DNA of 48,262 bases from Dimargaris cristalligena (lineage: Eukaryota), in contig ML002280.1 of NCBI GenBank assembly GCA_003614675.1, positions 1 to 48,262 on the forward strand. Direction: 5' to 3'. The notes under the pieces were generated by a model. That model did no database searches. It was given only the letters and a program-made list of their open reading frames with translations, and was not told the DNA's origin. Positions 14,656-26,012 of this stretch are shown in pieces. The first letter of the stretch is position 1. Each line of letters opens with the position of its first letter. The translations under genes were made by a program, and so were the position numbers.

Positions 14656-15953
14656 GGTGATAGGTGTATAGAGATAAAGTGGGAACGGGAGTGAGAGTTG
14701 GGTCGGGAGTGGAATTACCAAGATAAGGGATACAGCCGAGGCAAACTATACAGAGCGACCACTAAGTGGTTGGGTTGAATAGCCGGGTTTTGAACTAGTA
14801 GCTTGGGGAGGGAAGAAAGGAGCTGGGAGCCAACGCAAGGAGCAAAGCGGAGCAAAAGAAGAGGAAGAAGGGCGAAACATAGCCGCGGGGGAAGGGGGGG
14901 GATCCCTGTGGGATGGAGTAGGGAGCTGGGCGGAGACCACGGCTCGAAATGGGGGAGACTTGGTAATAGCGAGAGGGGGTCGGATGCGACCTAATGGAGG
15001 GCAGGGCCAGGGAGGCGGCGTGATAGGGGTGGTGCGGGTCACTACCATGGCACGGGGGCGACGACACGTGAGATGAGCATCGGGAGATATCGGTGGGGGA
15101 CGAATGCGCCGACATCGGGGGGGAAATCACGTAGGGCATATTCGGAGACGACGAAGCGGAAGGATGGTTGGTGGGAGGCGAGGGAGGAGCGGAGTGACTC
15201 GGGGGCGATGGCATGGAGGCGGTCGCGGGGAAGGCACGGGCCGGGTCCGAGTGCAAGAGCTGGTGTTTCGTCAAAGTGGTCCGCCGGGTAAAGGTGCGAC
15301 CGCATCCGAGATGGTCACAGGCATACGGCCGCTTCCCGGTGTGGGTACGACGGTGGCGTGCCAGGGACGACGAGTCACTGAAGTTTTTGTTGCAAAAATC
15401 ACAAGTATGCGGGCGTTCCCCGGTGTGGGTGCGGTAGTGGACAGTGAGGGCCGATCGCTGGATGAAGCGTTTTCCGCAATTGGGCCAGTCACAGGGGTAG
15501 GGTCGCTCCCCAGTGTGTATCCGACGATGGCGCATAAGGTCCGACTTGCGGGCAAATGCCTTTTGACAAGTCGACCAGGCGCAGATGTACGGACGTTCCA
15601 CGTTATCCAGGCCCCCAGGGGACAGGGGAGGTGATATACTGTCCTCGGAGAGATCATCGTCCACCAGAGGGCTGAGTTGGGGGGACCCCCCGGGCGATTC
15701 GACCGGGGAAAAGGTCTCGGTATCATTCAACAGAGTGTGGATATCCATGGTGATAGGTGTATAGAGATAAAGTGGGAACGGGAGTGAGAGTTGGGTCGGG
15801 AGTGGAATTACCAAGATAAGGGATACAGCCGAGGCAAACTATACAGAGCGACCACTAAGTGGTTGGGTTGAATAGCCGGGTTTTGAACTAGTAGCTTGGG
15901 GAGGGAAGAAAGGAGCTGGGAGCCAACGCAAGGAGCAAAGCGGAGCAAAAGAA
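13766..15953. repeat. Direct tandem duplication: unit 1 13766-14857 (1092 bp), unit 2 14858-15950 (1093 bp), with GAA microhomology at 13766, 14858 and 15951
   Basis: The sequence gaagaggaagaagggcgaaacatagcc...gcggagcaaaa occurs twice head-to-tail. ORF-track entries recur at a 1093 offset. The only difference I found by eye is the G-run length. Confidence 0.97.
14795..15748 (-). CDS. Duplicated C2H2 zinc-finger TF copy, C-terminally truncated and frameshifted, 317 aa (possible pseudogene or assembly artefact)
   Basis: Identical translation to 13579-14655 up to ...IPQGSPP. A G8 run (G7 in the other copy) then shifts the frame, and reading continues across the duplication junction into the duplicated 5' leader: [32 protein letters not shown]. 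Confidence 0.7.
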   Translation of the reverse strand: MDIHTLLNDTETFSPVESPGGSPQLSPLVDDDLSEDSISPPLSPGGLDNVERPYICAWSTCQKAFARKSDLMRHRRIHTGERPYPCDWPNCGKRFIQRSALTVHYRTHTGERPHTCDFCNKNFSDSSSLARHRRTHTGKRPYACDHLGCGRTFTRRTTLTKHQLLHSDPARAFPATASMPSPPSHSAPPSPPTNHPSASSSPNMPYVISPPMSAHSSPTDISRCSSHVSSPPCHGSDPHHPYHAASLALPSIRSHPTPSRYYQVSPISSRGLRPAPYSIPQGSPPFPRGYVSPFFLFFCSALLLALAPSSFLPSPSY

Positions 15954-16028
15954 TGAGTTAAAGCGACAACCAATGAAATATAGAAAAGCCTGATGGTTTT
16001 TTAACGATAGGGAAGGAATGGTGGGGGC

Positions 16029-16036
16029 TTTATATA
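16029..16036 (-). promoter_or_regulatory. Putative TATA box (TATATAAA) of the zinc-finger gene
   Basis: The minus strand reads ccaaTATATAAAgcccc, about 75 bp upstream of the duplication boundary and the pyrimidine-rich leader, and about 280 bp upstream of the ATG at 15748. Confidence 0.5.
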
Positions 16037-19000
16037 TTGGAGGGGAGACAGAGGATGTACAGCCCAAAAATCCTTTAAATCTTAATGTGTTGGGTGGAGT
16101 GTATATTAGATTGGAGACCTTGCTCCAAACTAGCCCCGTTAACTGCAATCCCAAATGAGCGGGAAAGGGAAGGGTGGCAGTGATGAGGGAAAAGAGTGAC
16201 CAAGGTTCCAAACTGTGGGGACAATCAAGTTAGTATGGGTTTGCCACCCCCCTCATTGATCATTGGGGAAAAATGGGGGTGGGGGATTGTAAGGAAAGGG
16301 GGACCTTACTAATCAAGGGTACCCTCCCTCCTTTATAGATAATGCATCAGCCGCCTCCTCCCCTAATTATCGAGGGAGGACGAGCGGGCCCATTCTTAAT
16401 CTACACGGCTACTGTTACCTGTCCACCAAGCCCTCCCCCTCCTTTCCATTTGAATTAGATTTCGACTATTAAACTGATGTCTATAATAATAATGCGCTAA
16501 AATAGGCCCTGGGAAGGAGACTGGCGCTGGAGGGAGGATGGTTTGCTTGAAGACCTACGGCGGGACAAAGGTTCGATAGTTTAACTTTACTAGGGCAAGG
16601 TATGGTCGCAGGAACTTGTTATCAAATGGCGGAGACCCTTGGCACCTGAGTTTGATTATAGCCACGCCTCAATCCACATGTTCCCATTGGCTGAGTTGAG
16701 CTGAGTACTAGGATTTCATGATAAGGCTCTAGCCAACGAGGCACAAGTCCGGCAATTGGGGTGTAACTGGGTGATGAATACCAATGGTTGAATAGCATTT
16801 TATAATCATTAAAATAGATACCCGAGAAAGAAGAACAGGCAGGTGATGGTTCCTTGGACGAGAAAAACTGCTCCCCTCCCCCAAGCGAGAGCTGTGCCAG
16901 CTAACCCTATACTCTCTTTCATCTATACGGTAGCCGAATGCCAAGGGGTATCTCGGCCAAGATCGAGGCCGCACGTTCAACTTACATACATTTACATTCT
17001 CCCACATTAACCCCGGTCACTTTAAGTGTCTTTATTACGGCCAACATGGATTGCTTATTTTTCCTGTCAGCATGTAAGTAACTCTGCTGGCCCTTAAGGG
17101 TTGAGAAACTACGGTAATAGAATAATCGGTTAGGGTCACATTGGAAGAGTTTCGGACAATTTCCTTATATCCAATATTTTTGGGTTTTCCTGATGAACCC
17201 CAAGTAACCCTCCTTCCTCACAGTTCGCTCGCTCCTTATTTTCTTTGCATCCTCCCTCTTCCAGCGTTATCTGCCTGGTTCTCCAGTGACACACAGACCC
17301 CCTTATAGTTCACCTGGGACGGGCTCATCGTGTCCATTAGTTCTATTTGCTCGATGGCTAGCCAGCTGGTCGCCGCCGCCACCCTTCCAGCATCGGTACG
17401 GTTTTCGCACTCGAGTGTATTTCCCCTAGCTATGTTTCACCATTTTTAGGAACTGCCCGCCCTATCCAGAACCCCCCCTTTCTCCTCCCTCTCTCCCCCA
17501 TTCAATAGGCCAAGCCCAACTGCATGAACCTGATGGGGTGAGAGGGTTTGCAGCCACTTGGTTATGCTAATCAGGGTTTTCAGTTCTTGGCCCCGATTGT
17601 CCGGTCCATTTTATGAGTGAGTGGGTAGAGGAGGACTGTCCCCATTATGTCCAGCAGATTTAAATATTGTATATAGGGTAAAGTCGAAGGGGGGTGGCCC
17701 TGGTTCTTCGGGCCCGATCCTTGCTGCACCTAGTTGGCCAAAACAGACTTACTGTATGTATTTAGGCATACTTTTTGCCATTTCTAACCCCCCTCTTGGA
17801 TACTTAAATGTGAAATGCAATATGGCGTCATCGAAGAGGTTTGGGCTCCACATAGTGTGTGGTTTATAGGCAATATGGCTCAGAAAGGCCCCGCATCAAC
17901 AAGAAAAAGCCAGTATACCAAGCAGCTTCCTCGACTCGGCGGGGTCGCTGCTTTTCATAGTTTTTTTTGTCGTTCGTCATTGCATGACGCCTTTCCCCTA
18001 CTTTTTGCTTGCATAATTAATTGGGACTATAGAAGCTTCGAATTCGCGAGCATCATATATTTGCAGTCCTGTCGGGGCTTTAAGCCATGGCCATCTTGCG
18101 ACAGCGGGGTTCACCTTACCACTCTACCTAAATTATAAGGCACCCAGGGTATTCTACGATTTCCCTTTTAAGGGCCACTATAGTCCATCATTCCTGGATA
18201 ATTTTTATATAATCCTTATATTTGGACACATGAATAAACATCGCTTCGATGTCTCCCCACGTCGATTAAAGTCTGGGGGGAGCATGCGCTCGAAAGCACA
18301 CACCCAAATAGCTATGGCCAAGGTATATCAAAATGTAAGAGATAGGTAGATACGACCACGAAAATCCAAAAATGACCTTCCCAGATACGTACTTTTAATA
18401 GTACGTAGGCGTCCCGCTACTCCAATTTGCCCACCCCCTGTATAGTTCCTCTGCCCTCCGCTTGAGCCAATCCTAATAAATCCACGTATTCCCCTTTGTT
18501 ATTACCAGATTTGCCCGGTTCGTCCCCTCTCCCTTTTCTATTCCCGTAAACTAACAATCTAGATATTGCGTTCCTGCTGGGCCCGATGAATCTGGCCACT
18601 GACCCACTGATTTCTGTCCTCTGGGCGATTAACATCCGGGTTAATAGCGATTGGGCGCCCATAGTGTCCCTAGCTTACGATTTGCATCATCGCCCGCTCC
18701 AAAAACAGATTTAGCCCAAAAGAATGATTTCCCCCTCCCCACCCTTGTCTTATTCTCGCTCTTCCGGAGCTACAGTAACCCTGTAGAGTAACCGCATAAG
18801 TGTACATGTATCCGACCACTCCGATTGTCCTGATCCGAGGACTGCCGATGTCCCCGATTTTGAAGGATCTGGGGTATTTAATATTTTATCCGGATTGGAG
18901 GATTCACTTCAAGTCGACGGCCTTATTATCGGCCATTTTTCAACAAAAAAAATGCTGCTAATGTTTGGCAACCACCGGAGGTTGTTGAACCGATGACCAT

Positions 19001-22000
19001 ATGTTTATTCCGCACATGGGGAGGATAGGGGGGACACGATAGTCGGCCAATAGGTCCCAAAAAGGCATAAAGCACTCCCCCCCCAATAAATTGACGATTA
19101 GACTACCCTATAATGACCCACGAAGATGTGCTCTCTGAGCCACTTTTGCCACTTCTCCCGTGACAATCGGACGAAGTTACGTATTCTAAGGGGCTTGCCA
19201 TATCCGGCCACTTTTAAAGACGTTCACGTAAGTTAGTCCGGATGCTGCACACGGGAAGTGCGAATGGGTCATTTTGTGCAAGAACCTCGCCTGGTCACCC
19301 CGTGTACTTTTAAATTTCCAACAAAAAAAATAGAACTATCGGTAACAATGGATCTCAACTACGAGCCCTTCAACAAAATAAACTAAACCGTACCGATAAA
19401 ACCTACCAAAATTATAATTTCCTCGCCTGATTCACCAAGCAGTGGTCAATTAGATAGGTATGCATTCGCACCTGAACATACGCTTCTCGTCCTTTTTTCG
19501 CAGGGTTAGATTGCTTGGGTGTGTGTAATATTTTGTATTTACCGTAATATAACCCCCCAATACTTATATACTCTCCCTATATCCGAGATACGGAATACTT
19601 CCGTATCTAGCCAGTCAGCCGACTATTCCCTAGTGAACTCCCAGCGCGTATTTTTGGCTAGTAGACCCCCTTATCCGGACAATTACGTCAGAAGATACGA
19701 GCCTGGTCAATCCGTGTGCCTAGTACCCCTTTGGGGACCTCTCGCTTTATTAGAAGGATAGTGGAATACATACCTATCCACACTAATGCGTATATTTAAA
19801 ATAGTAAAGAGTGTGATTCGGAGGCTCATATAACACCTGACTTGTGAAGATGGTTGAGAATCTATAATAATTTATAAGGGACCTAGTCCCACACATGGAA
19901 ATACAGCAGACGGGGATGGAAATCCATAACTCTAGCCGTATTAGTACACTTCCCCAAATTATATATACTATTAGAAGATCTATATCTTAGCCCTTCTCCG
20001 CCCCGATAGCCTGCAGACCCATCGACGAGCCCTAGGGAAATCCCAGAAATCATTCCACATCACTGTAGAATATAGCCTAAGATCAGCACATCTCTAATTA
20101 TCAAACTCTTTTATGGACAGATTACCTAGGGGCAGGCGTCAGGGAATGTTTATCCATTTACATAGTTTGACAGCCACCTCCAGAAAGAACGACAGGGGGT
20201 TCAAAGTTATGGAGAATGGAAAGGGGGTGCGACTGATCTCGTTTTCATATATTCCATATTTATATGGAACTTGCAGCTAAGGCTATCCTTGGTGGGATAT
20301 GCCCTAATTTTCTCCATATTGTTAATCCGCCAAGGATCAGACACTGGCTGATATCTGTTTACTGCTATATTAAAACGATGGCCCAATTTTTCCAAATTAA
20401 CCTAATTAGGGAAGTAGTGATCAAGATGCCGATGTGGCTGGGGAGCGGAGGACAGTGCCCTATGGTTCACCGGTGCGGCCAATTTGGTAGCGTCGCAGGT
20501 TGGTTACTTCTGACATTCGTGACCATCGCCATCAGCCCTATACCTGCTTTTAGTTTTGTAGTCTCGAGGCTCTGACCAATAATTGGGGTGCCAGCGGTAA
20601 GGACTACGTCCAATCCAGTAATCCGAACCTACGGTTTAATACCAACGTGGACCATGTCTGGGGTACATGAATTCACAGCCACCCCGAAAATAAATACCAA
20701 TACACCAAAGGGCCCTCACCTACCTTACCCAATGAACGACATGTCCCAATGTAGAAGAGGCGGTTATTTTTGGGAACTATCACAGAGGCATATCCAAGAT
20801 AGCACTTTGGTAGACTTACAAGGGAAATCTGGTAGATATCTGTGATTAACGCGCATCCCGTGCCTGTTTTTGGATTGCAAATGGGGAGATGAATGGTCAG
20901 CAGATTGGTAGCCTGAGGTCGGTATTCTATAGATTAACGTACGTGAGGAAAGGGTGCACTGAGATTTTTGCATAAAATGATTTAACCTAATGAATTGCTA
21001 CTCTTATACGTTGGATTTCTCGGGTCTTTAGCAGTAGTATTTTGGTGACATCCTGTTTTCCTACCGGCATGCTATAGAGGAGTGGTGAGGTCGCTATAGT
21101 CCAAGTGTGATATTCAAATGGGAGTTCCCCCGCCCTTCTGTTCAACCTAATCTAACCTGTCCCACAAAGCACCAGTCTTAAACTTAACAATGTGCGTACC
21201 TATACACCCGGTAGACTGCGTGGGCCCGCCCTGACAGGGGCCATGGTCAAGAATGGTAAAGGCGCTCTGTGGTTGATGCGTTTGGTATGAACAGAGCGGA
21301 TATTTGCATTTCTCTATGATTGACATATCAGGAACAAAGGGCGTGGCATTGCAATGATCGACCAGGGTAGACTAGTTCACCTAGCCCAAAAACACCGACC
21401 ATTTAATAATAGTATCCGGCTATCCTTCACGACAATCCCCCCCCCCCCTGTCGTTGGACAAACCGGCAGAAATTCAATGTACTATATTCGGTTTTCACCG
21501 TTGAATAAGGACTGCGCTCTATAGGAACATTAAGCTAAACTAATATCGCATAAACACCCATATGTTTAAACAGTATGAAATATGGCTGGTAACCACTAGC
21601 AGGTCCCTGTCGCATACCACCCCCCTCGGCGGCTCTAGCTTCCCGCTCAGATAGACCCTGAATACCGGAGTACGTGGAATATGAACTACTTAGTTGTTGT
21701 TGGCGTCTATAGGGATGTTCGGTATATCTAAAAGTTGATCATGTAGGTCACGAACACCCCACACTGAGCAAGCCTAGTAAAACTTGTGGACTTCGCTCAG
21801 CAAACGTTGTTAGTCCCGAACATGGGTATGGGCTACCAGGAAAGGGGAGAATTCGCCCGAATGACGTCTCGGGGAATATCAAGCTATACCTAGCTGGACC
21901 AGGACACTTGTATCGGGGGCTAAGGACAAGGCCCCTGTCAACTCAATCATTAATGAAAGGTCAGTGGCTTGGTTTACGGACAGTCGGTATTTTCAGCATG

Positions 22001-25000
22001 TAGCCCACACCAGCTACAATCCCCCGAGGCTAGCCGCACGTATTGTAGTCACCACTGAGTAACGACCATCCCAACTGACCCTCCTGGATACAGGGGGGAG
22101 GGGGCAGTGAGGTTCCGGGTACGCCATTCCACTGAGTTGTAGCAAACCCTTTTTGACCTGCCACTTTATCGCATCGCTCTCACCTGAGCTGGTGCAATGC
22201 AGAACGACCGTGGCTCATCACGTTACCCCGATAGATGAATTTTCCTATTCGGTGCCCATCGCAAACGAACAAATCACCCAGCGATCTTGGGTGTATATTA
22301 ACCTAACCGACGAACTCCATGAAGCCATCGGGATAAAAATGGAGGAGGGGAGGGGGAGTATTGAGTGTGAATGGCGCCCCTGAATGTAGAATGGGCCAGC
22401 TGTCGCGGGTTGCAACCGATCGCAACCTGCGCCAAGGGGAGTGAATAGAGTAGAAATGAAAAGGAGGGTGGCAAGCCGGGAAGGCTTGCTTAAATTAGGG
22501 GGATGGGAAGGTATAGCGGGATGATGGAGAAAAAAGTGGGGGCGGCAGGGGGGAGGAGGAGGGAAGGAAGGAAGGGGACTCCCGGCGTGTCGGTAGATTT
22601 CTAATTTCGAAGTGAGAAAAGCGCGGCGAGTGGGGATGGACCAAGTATAGGGTGCAGCAGACAAAAAAGGAGGGTATCCACCACCTTGGCCCCCTCCCCT
22701 TTCTACATACACACACGCACCCTCATATTTTCCCCGTTCATTAGCGCATACGACTTGGAGTATATAACGACTGGTAATGAAGAGCAACACGATACTCATA
22801 ACCCAGTGTGGCCGGGGCCTGTCAATTTGGTACATCATTGTCCCACCCCACCCGCCTTGAAAACTTTGCCAAGGTTATCAGTTTGGGCCACCGCTAATTT
22901 GGCCCAAGAACCCACCGAATTGACCAACAGCTGAGCACACGCCCGCTCGGGAGGATTCACCCGCCCACCCATCCCTCTCTCAAAAAAAAGGCGAAACCTC
23001 GTAGCCTCCTTCCCCCTCTGCACTCCCACAACCAGCGAGTGTATGGGGGCGGTGGGATTGTCCGCCTAACCCGTCCAACAATAGTAACCGGTGACATCGC
23101 TGGTCCGCTTGGGCCATGGCTAAACTACCGTATCGTGGTTGTTGGCGTGTCCCATGGGCGACTCCAAATGTAGCGGGTACTGGGAATGAAGTCGTCCATG
23201 TGGGGATGAGTATACCATCACCACCACCACCACCCCCTCCCTCAACCACTACCAACTTCAACAAGTAGCCACCACGTCATAACCACACTGGATTAATTAT
23301 TCAGTGGCCACTGGTCGTCGTACCAAATGCTGGATATAGAAGGTTTCGCACATGTCCATCCGGCCATTTTAAACTGCGGTTTACTAGGTACAGTGTTCCT
23401 TGGTCTGTTAAACTATCTATTGAGAGCCGTTTGGGATACCATTTCTATGCTCCTAGTTGGCGCTCAGCTAAGTTCGCCGCAGATGCCATTATTCAGCCGC
23501 CTTTATTTGTTTGGCCATACCCAACTTGTATATCCCTATGCATTGCCAAAAGATCCTAACCTGGACTGTAGAATGGGAATTTGGATGAGACACCGGGCGA
23601 TTAATACGGACTGCCATTTCACAACTCGGTTGAAAATATAAGCGGACAAAATAGATAACACGCTATTCGGTTGAACCATAAGTCCTCCCCAATCCCTTCC
23701 ATCGCTCTTCTAGCCTCCGCCGTAGCCTGCAGTTCCTTGGGTGACCCAAGTGAACCATGAGCACTCCTTGTATTTATTGGTGAACAAACACGCGCGCGCA
23801 ATTGCAACCGCCACGCCTATTATAGTGTTGTGACGGAAAATCTTATTTATGGAGAAAATTACACATGGGAAAACGATTAATATAGATAGATACGTATTCC
23901 CAAGGGAACAAAGAGGTCAGGGTGTGGGCTAGGAACAACAAAAACTGTCGGATCGGGGATTCGTCAAATGTAAATAAATAATAAGAACTGCTCGATTTAT
24001 ATCCCTATATTGTGAGGAGATGCGATCCCCCCCTCCCATACGGTTGGGGGATCTTTGAATCTAGCCCATTAACCCGTAGCCGTAACCCAAGAACTTTCCA
24101 GAGGAGGGAGGGTTGATAACCCACTGGAAGGTGGCCTTATCAAGTAACTGATGTACAGGCAGATTAGTCCCGTTCGATACTATAACTAGCCAGTAAGCTA
24201 GGTTGTGGAGCCGTAGATTTCGGAGCGGAGGAGGGTGATAGGGTGTATAGAAGCATCGGCTAAAGATTACGTAGTTGACCGGAGAAAACCCATATTATTT
24301 GCATCACCTACCTGGCCAATGTCCGCCTAGTTTCAATACATTAAAATAGGCGACCTCGTACTCGGGGGAATCACGGACCACTTCGATGCCAAGAAAGGAG
24401 GTAATCAAGTAAATTACAGATACTGCCGCGCGCGCGCTTCTGGTAGTAGATAAGAGCAGCATTGCTCGGGCGAATGGTCGACCGAGCATCGCGCATATCA
24501 AAGCGTCCGCAGATTGTTTTTATTTTATTTTTGAAACATCTGGCTAGACTAGAATCAGAATTCGCGTCTATATTAAATTTATCCCCGAAATATACTATAT
24601 CGCTCACCAACTCCTGCTAGGTTGGACGTTTATTTAGTCTTGCCAATTTAATCTAAACACATAATTAACCTACCAATTTTTTTGCATGCATTCTACTTAA
24701 ATATGGTGATGATATTAGAGACTATAGAGGTAAGGGGTACGTAAAGGCCATAGGTCCAGTCGGCCAAACACTTTGGGCATATAAATGTGGGGTGAATAAC
24801 GCCCCCAAAACCCCATATAGATGAAGGGGTGCCGGCTGAACGACCCTTTAATTGCACGAACCCTCCCCCCACCCCCTCTATGATGTATGAACAGCCTTAA
24901 ACAGATAACTTTACAAGGTAATGGGGTGGGTAACAATTTGGGACAGTATCCCGCCGGATATATTCACTGACTCTAATTGATCATGCTGGGATATAAAACT

Positions 25001-25986
25001 GGTAGCCTCACTGCGACTTATTGTGATGTATGTTTTCAAATGGGGTGGTGTGTTTAAGAGTGACTAGATAGTTTCAACCTAGCTGGAGTGGGAAGCCGAA
25101 ATGGCCTTCCGAAAGTAAGCACGGGTGAGTAACGTCTACTATAACGGTTCTTTATGGGGGTTGGAGTATGAAACCCCCCAATAAACCAATAAGTAAACCA
25201 TAAAGGAATACGTTAGGTTGGATTTGGTCATGGATGGTGTTTGGCTAGGTAGAGATCAAAAGACCACTAGTCAGAGTCCGATGACTAGGATACCGGGGCC
25301 CTCAACCTCGAGATACCCATCGCACTCAAACCGGTTTGTTAGGGAATGTCTGAAAGGGAGAGGTGGGAGGGGAAGATACAGCCAATGCGACCACCGACTG
25401 CTTTATCCTAATGTGCGGAAAATCTATTGTTATTTCGAACCGCGTTTCCCACTGGTGTCGCAGCTATAGTGGTTTTTTTAGTGAATCACCCGATGTGGTA
25501 TTCCGGTTAGTGGTCAAGGGGGGTGGGAGGAAGAGACGGCATAATGAGATGCTACAAATTTGACCGGGTCTAATCTAGACGCTGCAGTTGGGTCTGGTCG
25601 GCTAGTGTGTGCGTGTGGGGGGGGGGAAGTGTGCTACTCGCTTATATTGTGTTGTGGTTAACCAATTGGAGGCGAATCGCCGGTAGTTTGAAACACTTGC
25701 TTACAATCTTTTAATAGAGGGGGTGGTTTCTTACACCCCTTTAGAGCACATGGGGTGGAGCTGAGATGGCTCGCAAAGAGCATAGATGACTGAGTGTATT
25801 AATTGGGGAGAGGGGAGGGCATATTAGTTGGGGGGCGGATGTACGTTGGTTGGTAAGTTTTTACAGTTCAGGGAATGAGAGAGCTCAGTCATCCCAGGAA
25901 AGGTGCTTAATGAGATCTGTCGAAGCTTGGTATGGGAGCTATAGCCCGCCCGAGCGGAAGTATAGGGTGAGGAAAGTGTGAATTGA

Positions 25987-26012
25987 AGAGAGAGAGAGAG
26001 AGAGAGAGAGAG
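25987..26012. repeat. (AG)13 microsatellite
   Basis: Read directly from the sequence. Confidence 0.9.

Noticed and set aside
13766-15953. Back-spliced circRNA or transposon origin of the duplication
   Set aside because: The boundaries lack AG/GT splice signals, terminal inverted repeats, LTR ends and a poly-A tail. Only a 3-bp microhomology is present.
22245-22838. 197-aa minus-strand ORF as a protein-coding gene
   Set aside because: It translates low-complexity pyrimidine tracts, shows no domain, and does not match the codon style of the real genes.
24024-24053. GATCCCCC...GGGGGATC inverted repeat, and similar short stems near 5613 and 25151
   Set aside because: Short stems driven by homopolymer runs and expected by chance. 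No MITE-like structure or target-site duplication.
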